DNA of 43,474 bases from Patescibacteria group bacterium (GTDB lineage Bacteria; Patescibacteriota; Minisyncoccia; Phycocordibacterales; Zambryskibacteraceae), in NCBI GenBank assembly GCA_040389345.1, contig JAZKAE010000003.1:1-43474 (forward strand), written 5' to 3'. A program made the translations under genes and the position numbers. Shown piece after piece: positions 33,436 to 41,491 of the stretch (position 1 is the stretch's first letter; the number at the start of each line of letters is the position of its first letter). The notes below the pieces were generated by a model. That model searched no databases. It was not told where the DNA came from and saw only the letters and a program-made list of their open reading frames with translations.

Positions 33436-33460
33436 GTACATTCGGCCCTTTCTTGGGCAA

Positions 33461-33484
33461 CTCCGACCTCGGTCGGAGTTTTTT
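33461..33484 (+). terminator. Intrinsic terminator of the GC-rich lipoprotein gene
   Basis: ctccgacc-tc-ggtcggag followed by tttttt. The apical pairs must open to form a loop. Confidence 0.65.
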
Positions 33485-33513
33485 CATACTTTTATACGTC
33501 TACAAACCTGTAG

Positions 33514-33522
33514 TGATATAAT
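33514..33522 (+). promoter_or_regulatory. Extended -10 TGaTATAAT upstream of tsaE
   Basis: gtagTGaTATAATgcacatatatATG. It lies 10 nt before ATG 33533 and overlaps the upstream in-frame ATG 33521, which is therefore unlikely to be used. Confidence 0.4.
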
Positions 33523-33532
33523 GCACATATAT

Positions 33533-33970
33533 ATGAAGTACGTATCCAAAAGCGTTGAAGACACAAAGAGTTTTGCGAAGACCTTTGTCGAATCGCTCTC
33601 TCAAGAAGAGGATGCGATCGTGGTGGCTCTCGAAGGCGACCTTGGATCAGGCAAGACCACATTTTCTCAGCTCGTCGGCGAAGCGCTCGGGGTAAGAGAG
33701 GGGATCCAGAGCCCGACCTTCCTCATCGAGAAGATCTATGAGCTCTACGACAAGCCGTGGAAACACCTCGTCCACATTGATGCCTACCGGCTCGATAAGC
33801 CTGAAGAGCTTCTTCACCTCGGCTGGAACGAGATCATCTCTCGGCCGGACAACCTCATCCTCGTTGAATGGGCAGACAAGGTCCGTGATATCATGCCGGA
33901 TGACGCCCTCAGGATCTCCTTTACCTTCATCGATGAGACGACGAGGGAGATAGATATACATGAAAGTTAA
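33533..33970 (+). CDS. tsaE: tRNA t6A37 biosynthesis ATPase TsaE (YjeE)
   Basis: LEGDLGSGKTTFSQ, SPTFLI and HIDAYRL are present. Confidence 0.88.
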   Translation: MKYVSKSVEDTKSFAKTFVESLSQEEDAIVVALEGDLGSGKTTFSQLVGEALGVREGIQSPTFLIEKIYELYDKPWKHLVHIDAYRLDKPEELLHLGWNEIISRPDNLILVEWADKVRDIMPDDALRISFTFIDETTREIDIHES

Positions 33971-36341
33971 TACAGATAAAAAGCGCCTCGTCCTCCTCGA
34001 CGCTCATGCGATCATCCATCGTGCGTATCACGCGCTTCCGGACTTTGCCACCTCTCAAGGGGAGCCGACCGGGGCGTTGTTTGGCGTGGTGACCATGCTC
34101 ACAAAGATCATCGAAGAGCTCTCGCCCGACTACATCGTCGCCTGCTACGACCTTCCGGAGAAAACACACAGACACGAGGCGTACGAAGAATATAAGGGCA
34201 CACGCCGAGCGCTCGATCCAAACCTGATCCTCCAGCTCGAACGATCAAAAGACATATTTAAGGCGTGGGGCATCCCTATTTACTCGTGTCCGGGGTTTGA
34301 GGCCGATGACATCCTGGGGACGATCGTTGAAGACCTAAAAAAGGACAAAGGAACTGAGATCATCATCGCCTCTGGAGACATGGATACTTTGCAGCTCGTG
34401 GATAAAGAAAAGGTGCGCGTTTACACGCTCAAAAAAGGTATCAAGGATACGATCCTCTACGACGAGAAAGCTGTCTTAGAAAGGTTCGGGTTCGGACCCT
34501 TGCTCCTTCCGGACTTCAAGGGTCTTCGCGGCGACCCGTCAGACAACATCATCGGGGTAAAAGGGATCGGGGAGAAGACAGCGACCTCGCTCATCACCAC
34601 GTTTGGCACGATCGAGAAGATCTACAAAGCGCTCAAAAAGCAGGATGAATACAAAAAAGCAGGGATCACGGAGCGCATACGAGATCTGCTCATAGAGAAC
34701 GAAGAAGAAGCTCTCTTTTCAAAAACTTTAGCTACTATCAGAAGGGATGCGCCGATCAACTTCACCCTGCCTCTGCCGTGGAAAGAAACTTTGGTCATGG
34801 AGACCTTGCTTGAGTTGTTTAAGAACCTCGAGTTTCGAACGATGGGCGAGCGGATCAAACATATAGTTTCAAATACACCGAAAGAAAAAACCAAACCTCT
34901 CTCTGTGAAAAAGATCAAAGAGAAAAAGGCCGAGGCTTTTGAAGCGCTTGATCAAGGAGACAAAGAACTTATTCTCATGCTGTGGGTGGTCGATTCAAAC
35001 TTCACTCTGCCGACCCTTGATGATGTATTCACCTTTACGAAGACCGAAGATAAGATCGAAGCGAAGAAAGTTTTGGAAGCAGAGCTTGATAAACGACATG
35101 TCAGATCTGTGTATGAGGAGATCGAGAAGCCTCTTATGAAAGTGACCGAGCGCATGAATGCGCGGGGAGTGGTGGTGGACAAGGACGAACTCAAGAAGCT
35201 TTCCACTACCTATCACAAAGAACTCTCACGCCTCGAGGCAGAGATCTGGAAACATGCAGGCGAGGAATTCAACATCAACTCTCCGAAACAGCTCGGAGAC
35301 ATACTCTTTGGAAAACTTGAACTTGGGGAGAAAAGACAAAAGAAAACCGCGACTGGCGGGTTCTCGACCAAAGAGTCCGAGCTTGAGAAATTGAAGGATA
35401 AGCACCCGATCATTAATTGCATTCTCGATTATCGAGAACTTTCAAAACTCTTGGGCACATATATAGACACGATCCCTACACAGCTTGATCCGGAATCACG
35501 TCTTCACTCGACCTTCACCCAAGAGGGGACGACGACAGGTCGCATGGCTTCAAATGATCCGAACTTGCAGAATATCCCGATCAAAACTCCGCTTGGCCGG
35601 GCGATCAGACATGCCTTCATTGCACCTGACGGTTTTGTGCTCCTCTCTCTTGATTATTCACAGATCGAGCTGCGCATTGCGGCCATCCTTTCACAAGATA
35701 AAAAACTTATTGATATCTTTAAAAAAGGAGAGGACGTCCACACAGGCGTCGCCATGCGAGTCTTTAATGTTCAGGCCGATGAAGTGGACAAGGCCATGAG
35801 GACTAAAGCGAAGACCATCAACTTCGGTGTGCTCTTTGGGATGGGGGTCAATGCTCTCAAGGCCAACCTCAAAACTGATAGGCAAGAAGCCCAAGAATTT
35901 TATAACAACTACTTTGCCACATTCATCGAGCTCGCCGCGTATCTCGATCAGGTGAAGGCTGATGCAGAAAGAAAAGGGTATACAGAAACGATGTTCGGGC
36001 GGAGACGTTATTTTGCCGGTCTTAAATCTCCACTGCCATTTATTCGGGCCGCCGCCGAACGCATGGCCATCAACGCGCCGATCCAAGGCACAGAGGCAGA
36101 TATAGTGAAGATCGCCATGAAGAGGATCGACGATCTGATCTATACAAAAGGATGGGAGCTAGAAGCTTTCCCCGTGCTCAATGTGCACGATGAGATCGTG
36201 TATGAAGTGAAGAAAGAGATCGCGGATGATGCGCTTGTGGAATTTAAAAAAATAATGGAGGAGGTGATCCCAGAAGACAAGGCGCTTGGTGTGCCGATCA
36301 TTGCTGAAGGCAGTATTGCCTCTAATTGGGGAGATATATAA
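33960..36341 (+). CDS. polA: DNA polymerase I (5'-nuclease + polymerase; 3'-5' exonuclease region strongly reduced)
   Basis: 793 aa with an N-terminal 5'-nuclease (LLDAHAIIHRAYHAL). Polymerase motifs LLSLDYSQIELR, RTKAKTINFGVLFGM and NVHDEIV are present. Only ~100 aa separate the nuclease and polymerase domains. Confidence 0.93.
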   Translation: MKVNTDKKRLVLLDAHAIIHRAYHALPDFATSQGEPTGALFGVVTMLTKIIEELSPDYIVACYDLPEKTHRHEAYEEYKGTRRALDPNLILQLERSKDIFKAWGIPIYSCPGFEADDILGTIVEDLKKDKGTEIIIASGDMDTLQLVDKEKVRVYTLKKGIKDTILYDEKAVLERFGFGPLLLPDFKGLRGDPSDNIIGVKGIGEKTATSLITTFGTIEKIYKALKKQDEYKKAGITERIRDLLIENEEEALFSKTLATIRRDAPINFTLPLPWKETLVMETLLELFKNLEFRTMGERIKHIVSNTPKEKTKPLSVKKIKEKKAEAFEALDQGDKELILMLWVVDSNFTLPTLDDVFTFTKTEDKIEAKKVLEAELDKRHVRSVYEEIEKPLMKVTERMNARGVVVDKDELKKLSTTYHKELSRLEAEIWKHAGEEFNINSPKQLGDILFGKLELGEKRQKKTATGGFSTKESELEKLKDKHPIINCILDYRELSKLLGTYIDTIPTQLDPESRLHSTFTQEGTTTGRMASNDPNLQNIPIKTPLGRAIRHAFIAPDGFVLLSLDYSQIELRIAAILSQDKKLIDIFKKGEDVHTGVAMRVFNVQADEVDKAMRTKAKTINFGVLFGMGVNALKANLKTDRQEAQEFYNNYFATFIELAAYLDQVKADAERKGYTETMFGRRRYFAGLKSPLPFIRAAAERMAINAPIQGTEADIVKIAMKRIDDLIYTKGWELEAFPVLNVHDEIVYEVKKEIADDALVEFKKIMEEVIPEDKALGVPIIAEGSIASNWGDI

Positions 36342-36345
36342 CTAT

Positions 36346-36789
36346 ATGGACGAAGAGTTTTATCACAAAAATCTATTCGCCGAAGTGGTCGACAAAAGCT
36401 TTGCCGAAGCCGAGGAGGAAAAGGCTCCGGTGGGAAAGAAGGGAAAATTCTTTCCCGACTTTGCCTTTACTGATGCGATCACTGCTCGCAATAAAAAGGA
36501 GGCTTGGATCCAATTTCATCGAGAGCTTGCCTCGGGCCTCGTCTCAGAACAGCTGTTCTGGGCCACTGCACGCCATTTTAAAAATCTTATGCTTGCCAAG
36601 CGTACGAATAGTGCGGCAGAGGCGGACCTCAATCCCTTTGTCTACAAAAAACTGCAGGCAGGCCTTAGGAACTTTAAAGAAGGAGAGCTTGAATCAATTT
36701 CGGAATCTTTGGTGGTCGGATATCACAAAGCCCGCCGAGGGGAAGTAGAGATCGAAGCCTTGCTCGAGAGAACATTGCTCTCTCTGTAG
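36346..36789 (+). CDS. Hypothetical protein; weak resemblance to the C-terminal domain of DNA pol III delta (HolA)
   Basis: 147 aa from ATG 36346, 4 nt after the polA stop. It looks helical. ..AITARNKKEAWIQFHRELASGLVSEQLFWATARHFKNLMLAK.. resembles HolA domain III by eye only. Confidence 0.4.
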   Translation: MDEEFYHKNLFAEVVDKSFAEAEEEKAPVGKKGKFFPDFAFTDAITARNKKEAWIQFHRELASGLVSEQLFWATARHFKNLMLAKRTNSAAEADLNPFVYKKLQAGLRNFKEGELESISESLVVGYHKARRGEVEIEALLERTLLSL

Positions 36790-36792
36790 TCT

Positions 36793-36821
36793 TCGACAAA
36801 CTGGCATTCCTAAGGTATATT
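36793..36821 (+). promoter_or_regulatory. Sigma70-like promoter of tRNA-Lys (-35 TCGACA, 17-nt spacer, -10 TATATT)
   Basis: tTCGACAaactggcattcctaaggTATATT. The tRNA 5' end (36836) lies 14 nt after the -10. Confidence 0.45.
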
Positions 36822-36835
36822 TTGCTAGTTATTTT

Positions 36836-36908
36836 GCGCCCGTAGCTCAGTCGGTAGAGCAGCTCCCTTTTAAGGAGATGGTCATAGGTTCGATTCCTAT
36901 CGGGCGCA
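36836..36908 (+). tRNA. tRNA-Lys (anticodon UUU)
   Basis: Hand-folded cloverleaf: acceptor GCGCCCG/CGGGCGC, D arm GCTC-AGTCGGTA-GAGC, anticodon arm GCTCC-CTTTTAA-GGAGA, T arm ATAGG-TTCGATT-CCTAT, discriminator A. CCA is not encoded. Confidence 0.9.
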
Positions 36909-36909
36909 C

Positions 36910-37308
36910 ATGCATAACTTCGAAGAACCAATATTGCCTCCAGAAGGAGATGGCCACGGTCATCGCTATGAATCCGCGGATTTAGACGTTGATGAATTAT
37001 ACGCGTATTTAAAAGATACTAGTTTTGAAAGCGAAGAAGACCTGGCTGATTTGATGAAGGAACGGGGAGTCTTTGAAAGAAAAAGTGTTTCTGCTATTGA
37101 AATGGGGATGACGAGAATTATAAGCAGAGAAGACCTGCAACACGGCACCATGGGCAAACCTTTGTCCGGCAAAGACCCTCAAGCCGTCATGAGAACAAAT
37201 ATAAAAACTTTAGATGGCAAAGACCTGGACCTCAGGATCTTTAAAGTATTCAATCGCAATGATAAATACAGACTTGAATATATCCTTGGCCCAAATTCAC
37301 ACGAGTAG
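36910..37308 (+). CDS. Hypothetical protein starting 1 nt after tRNA-Lys
   Basis: 132-aa ORF (MHNFEEPILPPEGDGHGHRYE..). It is AT-richer than its neighbours. No motif recognised, and there is no room for its own promoter or Shine-Dalgarno. Confidence 0.45.
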   Translation: MHNFEEPILPPEGDGHGHRYESADLDVDELYAYLKDTSFESEEDLADLMKERGVFERKSVSAIEMGMTRIISREDLQHGTMGKPLSGKDPQAVMRTNIKTLDGKDLDLRIFKVFNRNDKYRLEYILGPNSHE

Positions 37309-37309
37309 T

Positions 37310-37714
37310 TTATAGAGGAATGTCGAAAGCGAAGGCGCCTGCGCCAGTGAGAAGGAGAGAGAGGGCGATCGAACACAGGAGGACATAGAACACGATGTTT
37401 CGCTTAAGAAGTGCTGCTTCTTTATATTCGATATAGATCTCAAGGCCCGTGAGAATGATGAATCCGAGTGCTGCGACTTGGGTATAGATACCGATGATGA
37501 GCATGATGCCGCCGATGATCTCAAGAGCTCCAAGAAGTGAGACAAAGATCTCCGGAGAACCGATACCCAAAGCCTGGAGAGAGGCGATCCAGCGAGATTT
37601 TTCTGCTTTGAATTTGAGAAGCCCGAGGTCGAGGAAAATGAGCCCGATCACAACGCGGAGGATGAAAGGCGCCATTTGTGAATAAGTGAGAAGCTCGGGG
37701 AATGTGTTAAGCAT
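37310..37714 (-). CDS. DoxX-family membrane protein
   Basis: 134 aa from ATG 37714 (MLNTFPELLTYSQMAPFILRVVIGLIFLDLGLLKF) with four hydrophobic helices, a DoxX-like pattern. The longer in-frame start at 37786 would overlap trmH. Confidence 0.65.
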   Translation of the reverse strand: MLNTFPELLTYSQMAPFILRVVIGLIFLDLGLLKFKAEKSRWIASLQALGIGSPEIFVSLLGALEIIGGIMLIIGIYTQVAALGFIILTGLEIYIEYKEAALLKRNIVFYVLLCSIALSLLLTGAGAFAFDIPL

Positions 37715-37720
37715 GCGCCT

Positions 37721-37729
37721 ATGATAGCA
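37721..37729 (-). promoter_or_regulatory. Extended -10 TGcTATCAT, 6 nt before the DoxX ATG
   Basis: The minus strand reads ggccaTGcTATCATaggcgcATG. On the plus strand the same 22-bp spacer holds TATGAT (37720-25), 11 nt before the methyltransferase ATG. Confidence 0.4.
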
Positions 37730-37736
37730 TGGCCGT

Positions 37737-38204
37737 ATGAAAACGGGAGTGCTCATTTTGGATAATATACGATCGGTCGAGAACACCGCTTCGATCTTTC
37801 GAACCGCCGAATGTCTCGGTGTCTCAAAGATCTATTTGATTGGGACGACTCCGGCTCCTCTGGATCGATTTCAGAACAAACGAGCGGACTTCGCGAAGGT
37901 GGCCCTCGGCGCCGAAGAACTCGTCGAGTGGGAATATCAAAAGGAGATACTGCCGGTTATCAAGGAACTAAAGGATCAAAATTTTAAGATCCTCGCCCTC
38001 GAACAGCATGAAGATTCAAAAGATCTTTCTTCCTATCGATCTGCGGATATGTTTGCACTTATTGTGGGTAATGAGGTTGAAGGAGTATCTTCTGATGCGC
38101 TCAAAAAGTGCGACCAGATCCTTGAGATCCAGATGCAAGGAAAGAAAGAATCAATGAACGTCTCTGTATCTACCGGTATCGCCCTTTTTGAATTACTTAA
38201 ATAG
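37737..38204 (+). CDS. SpoU/TrmH-family RNA 2'-O-methyltransferase
   Basis: NIRSVENTASIFRTAECLGV, ALIVGNEVEGVS and ESMNVSVSTGIALFEL are the SPOUT motifs. Confidence 0.85.
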   Translation: MKTGVLILDNIRSVENTASIFRTAECLGVSKIYLIGTTPAPLDRFQNKRADFAKVALGAEELVEWEYQKEILPVIKELKDQNFKILALEQHEDSKDLSSYRSADMFALIVGNEVEGVSSDALKKCDQILEIQMQGKKESMNVSVSTGIALFELLK

Positions 38205-39053
38205 TTTCTGGTGGACCGGGCAAAAGTGGGCCGATCTGCCTCCTACGACGATGCGCTCCAGCGTGCCTGGGCATCCGCGCTTCTTGCATTTCTTTTTGTT
38301 CATTTGATACGCATTGTGAGTAGCTTGGAACTTTCCTCGCTCGCCGTAGATATTTCTGTAGTCTGAGGTCGAGTCGCCGCCAAAGTCGATGCCCTTCAGG
38401 AGAGTGTCTTTCATAGCTTCAAACATCAGTTTCATATTTTTTTCAGGGATCTTCTCTATCAGAGACAAGGGGTGTACTCCCGCGAGCCACAGGATCTCAT
38501 CTGAATAGATGTTTCCAATCCCTGCGATGATCATTTGATCCAGGAGCACTTGCTTTGCCTTGCCTCGCGGGCGCCTGAGCAGCCGTTCTTTGAACGGTAG
38601 GTAGGTGAACTTTGGATCAAGAGGTTCGGGACCGAGGTGAGAGAGGTGAGGGGAGGTTTTGAGATCTCGGGTATCAAAAATGGTGACCTTGGCGAATTTG
38701 CGCATATCGGAGAAAGCCAGCTTCTTGCCATTATCAAGATCAAACGAAAGGTGGACAAAAGGGTATCCAGGTTTTGGATCGTAGACGAAATGCCCAGTCA
38801 TCTTCATGTGTACGAGGATCGTGTGTCCTCCAGAAAGAGAGATGAGAATATTTTTGGCCCGGCGCTCGGCTTTGAGGATCTTTTGGCCGATCACTTTTTT
38901 CTTGAATTCTTTAAAAAATGCCGGTTCCTTGATGCTCCCGCGGTGCATGGTGTGGGTACTTTTATACCCGGTCCACACACCTACAATTGTCCGGCCTTTG
39001 ACCGTCCTATTGAGTCCATCCACCGTGGTTTGTACTTCTGGCAGTTCTGGCAT
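38193..39053 (-). CDS. mutM: Formamidopyrimidine-DNA glycosylase (Fpg/MutM)
   Basis: MPELPEVQTT N-terminus, an H2TH region (LLDQMIIAGIGNIYSDEILW) and a C-terminal zinc finger (C..C..C..C) are present. Confidence 0.92.
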   Translation of the reverse strand: MPELPEVQTTVDGLNRTVKGRTIVGVWTGYKSTHTMHRGSIKEPAFFKEFKKKVIGQKILKAERRAKNILISLSGGHTILVHMKMTGHFVYDPKPGYPFVHLSFDLDNGKKLAFSDMRKFAKVTIFDTRDLKTSPHLSHLGPEPLDPKFTYLPFKERLLRRPRGKAKQVLLDQMIIAGIGNIYSDEILWLAGVHPLSLIEKIPEKNMKLMFEAMKDTLLKGIDFGGDSTSDYRNIYGERGKFQATHNAYQMNKKKCKKRGCPGTLERIVVGGRSAHFCPVHQKLFK

Positions 39054-39060
39054 AGGTCTT

Positions 39061-39066
39061 ATAGTA
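39061..39066 (-). promoter_or_regulatory. -10 hexamer TACTAT, 7 nt before the mutM ATG
   Basis: The minus strand reads ctctgagTACTATaagacctATG. Confidence 0.35.
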
Positions 39067-39108
39067 CTCAGAGCGTACCTATTGACAACTTGTATATGTG
39101 AGGTAATA

Positions 39109-39525
39109 ATGGCGAAAGACTACTTTTCACCCTTCAACCGAGGTACGCAATTGATGGCGCAGGCTGAGCAGTCCTCACTGGCTAGCATTCCGGCTACCCA
39201 GACCTCACTCACCATCTCCTTTTCCCACGTCCTATTGGAGCCGCTACTGTGTGTGGTCCCGCTAGGAAGGATGAGCCGTCAGGAGTTCGAACGTCGATGC
39301 AGTACGGCCCTCGGAACCATGAACTGCGAGTACGGACTGAAGTCGCGCGCCAGGTCGTCCGAGGAAGGATCGATCGAAGTCGCGTACGATGAAGTGATGG
39401 TGATCCCTCCCAAGTCCTTACGTGTGAGAGACCTCAGAGAGGTGAGGGAGCGGCTCAAGGTGTGGGCAGCTGGGCTTCCCACACCGAGTGAGGACGTCGG
39501 AAAGACATGCGACCCCGAAAGGTGA
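39109..39525 (+). CDS. Hypothetical protein, moderately GC-rich orphan
   Basis: 138 aa from ATG 39109 (MAKDYFSPFNRG), with GAGGT 5 nt upstream. The upstream part of track ORF 38806..39525 is antisense to mutM and was discarded. A strong terminator follows. Confidence 0.5.
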   Translation: MAKDYFSPFNRGTQLMAQAEQSSLASIPATQTSLTISFSHVLLEPLLCVVPLGRMSRQEFERRCSTALGTMNCEYGLKSRARSSEEGSIEVAYDEVMVIPPKSLRVRDLREVRERLKVWAAGLPTPSEDVGKTCDPER

Positions 39526-39532
39526 ACGCACA

Positions 39533-39560
39533 GCGACTCTGAGTTTCAGAGTCGCTTTTT
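39533..39560 (+). terminator. Intrinsic terminator after ORF 39109-39525
   Basis: gcgactctga-gtt-tcagagtcgc (10-bp stem) followed by tttttcttt. Confidence 0.7.
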
Positions 39561-39562
39561 CT

Positions 39563-40855
39563 TTATCTAGTATTTAAAACTTTCTCAAGCTCTTCGCGAG
39601 CTACATCATAATCAGACCATTCGAGCCTTTTGCCTCCTGCAAGCATAATGCAGGGGTCTGTACCTTTGCCTGTGATGAGTACTACGTCTCCAGGCTTTGC
39701 CCTTCGGATAGCTTCGTTGATAGCTGCGCGCCTATCCATGATCACATGCGGGGTGTGGGTAGAAAATCCAGGGAGCATATCGCTGATGATGTGATCCGGG
39801 TCTTCATCATAGGGATCTTCGTTGGTCAGTATAATCTCTTCGCCAAAATAATCCGCGACCTTGGCCATCTCGGGCCTCTTCCATTTATCTCTGCCGCCGC
39901 CGGTGTTTCCGAGGACGCAGATCTTTCGCTGGGTCTCAAAGGCTTTATACAATTCGCCGAGCGACTCTGCGGTGTGGGCATAGTCGACCACCACATCAAA
40001 ATTTTGCGTATCTTTCAGAGGATGATCCTCCGGGAGCTTCACAAACTCGACCCTTCCTTTTATAAGGGATAACTTTTCAATGCCTTCTTTGATCGCAAGG
40101 GGGGAGATGCCGAACGCTTCTGCGCAGACCGACGCGCCGAGCAGGTTATAGAGGTTGAATACTCCGCGCAGGGGCGACTTGATCTCTGTTTCTTTATATG
40201 TAAAACAGATGCCACTGCCATCTACTGTATACGGCTCTGCGTCTTTCAAAGAATAGGGATAGCTTTCGGTCGCACCGCATTTCAAGAACAGGTCGGCGTT
40301 CGGGTCATCGGCGTTTGCGACGACGACGCTTTTATCTTTTAGCTTCCTTCCCAGAGATTCAGTGATGCGGAGCTTTGCTGCGCGATACTTCTCAAACGAC
40401 CCGTGCGATTCGATGTGTTCGGGGGATAGATTAGTGAAAACGAGAGAGTCGAGGTAGATGAATTTGTGCCTGTATTGCTTGGCTGCCTCAGAGGATATCT
40501 CGACGACGGCTACATCGCATTCCTTGGTGACCGCTTCTCGGAGAAACTTCTGTACAAAAAATCGTCCAGGCATGGTCATCTTCTCTTTGTTCGGCCGAGA
40601 TTCATCGCCGATCTTGAAGCGAATGGTGCCAAGGAGTGCGGTCTTGTATCCTGCTGCTTCAAATATAGAAGACAACATCTCTGCGGTCGAAGATTTGCCC
40701 TTGGTGCCGGTTACAGCGAGGACGGTCAGCTGTTTGGAGGGGAACCAATAGATAAGGGCGCTCGTGAGCGCGAGGAGATAATGATAGACGGGAGCGAGCG
40801 CATCAAAGAGCGAGCGAGGGATGAACTTTTTTATAAAGCGAAGAACTGCATTCAT
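39563..40855 (-). CDS. murE: Mur ligase, MurE-like (UDP-MurNAc-L-Ala-D-Glu:diamino-acid ligase), short N-terminus
   Basis: 430 aa. P-loop VTGTKGKSST, DYAHTAESL and TNEDPYDEDP (compare MurE DNPRSEDP) are present. Confidence 0.8.
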   Translation of the reverse strand: MNAVLRFIKKFIPRSLFDALAPVYHYLLALTSALIYWFPSKQLTVLAVTGTKGKSSTAEMLSSIFEAAGYKTALLGTIRFKIGDESRPNKEKMTMPGRFFVQKFLREAVTKECDVAVVEISSEAAKQYRHKFIYLDSLVFTNLSPEHIESHGSFEKYRAAKLRITESLGRKLKDKSVVVANADDPNADLFLKCGATESYPYSLKDAEPYTVDGSGICFTYKETEIKSPLRGVFNLYNLLGASVCAEAFGISPLAIKEGIEKLSLIKGRVEFVKLPEDHPLKDTQNFDVVVDYAHTAESLGELYKAFETQRKICVLGNTGGGRDKWKRPEMAKVADYFGEEIILTNEDPYDEDPDHIISDMLPGFSTHTPHVIMDRRAAINEAIRRAKPGDVVLITGKGTDPCIMLAGGKRLEWSDYDVAREELEKVLNTR

Positions 40856-41430
40856 TATTGTTTTTGAGAAAGGAGCTTCAAGGCCTGCTTAACTCGCTCA
40901 GAGGTATTGGTGATCTCTTTGGACACCTTTTTCAGAGCATCTCTGGCGTCGCGCTCTGGATAACCGAGGGACACCAAGGCTTCAAGCGCATCTCCTTCGG
41001 CCTTGAGGTTCAGTCCAGAGTCGGCGGCGGTGGTGATGAGCTTGTCCCTGAGTTCGAGGACGATCTTCTCGGCGTTCTTCTTGCCGATCCCTGATACTCG
41101 GGTGAGGTAGGAAGTGTCGTCTTCGGCCACAGCTTGGCGAAGCATCGCTGGGGTGGCCACGTTCAATATCCCAAGCGCGGTCTTTGGTCCAATGCCTGAG
41201 ATGCAGATAAGGAGCTCGAAGAGATCGAGGTTCTCCTTGTCGGCGAAGCCGTACAGGTCGAGTGCATTCTCTCGTACTGCTAGGTAGGTCCAGAGAAAGA
41301 CCGGTTCGCCGGGTAGGGCATCAAGCGAGGTGTCAGTGGTGACCGAGACCTTGTATCCGACGCCGCCCACATCGACGATAAGAGCGTGGAGATCTTTGTT
41401 CTGGATGGTGCCTCTGAGAGTGCCTATCAT
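40855..41430 (-). CDS. ruvA: Holliday junction DNA helicase subunit RuvA
   Basis: MIGTLRGTI..VDVGGVGYKVSV, HhH motifs GIGPKTALGIL and VSGIGKKNAEKI, and a C-terminal domain III are present. Confidence 0.92.
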   Translation of the reverse strand: MIGTLRGTIQNKDLHALIVDVGGVGYKVSVTTDTSLDALPGEPVFLWTYLAVRENALDLYGFADKENLDLFELLICISGIGPKTALGILNVATPAMLRQAVAEDDTSYLTRVSGIGKKNAEKIVLELRDKLITTAADSGLNLKAEGDALEALVSLGYPERDARDALKKVSKEITNTSERVKQALKLLSQKQ

Positions 41431-41436
41431 GGGCCC

Positions 41437-41445
41437 ATAGTAGCA
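41437..41445 (-). promoter_or_regulatory. Extended -10 TGcTACTAT, 6 nt before the ruvA ATG
   Basis: The minus strand reads gaatcTGcTACTATgggcccATG. Confidence 0.45.
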
Positions 41446-41478
41446 GATTCGGCAGTTGATTTATATTGTGGCCTCATG

Positions 41479-41484
41479 TAGTAT
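41479..41484 (+). promoter_or_regulatory. -10 hexamer TAGTAT, 7 nt before the rpsT ATG
   Basis: cctcatgTAGTATctcgcatATG. Confidence 0.35.
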
Positions 41485-41491
41485 CTCGCAT

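Noticed and set aside
38806-39108. N-terminal 101 codons of track ORF 38806-39525
   Set aside because: This part is antisense to mutM and hydrophobic nonsense. A GAGGT-preceded ATG at 39109 lies in the intergenic region just beyond the mutM start codon (39051-39053), so only 39109-39525 is kept.
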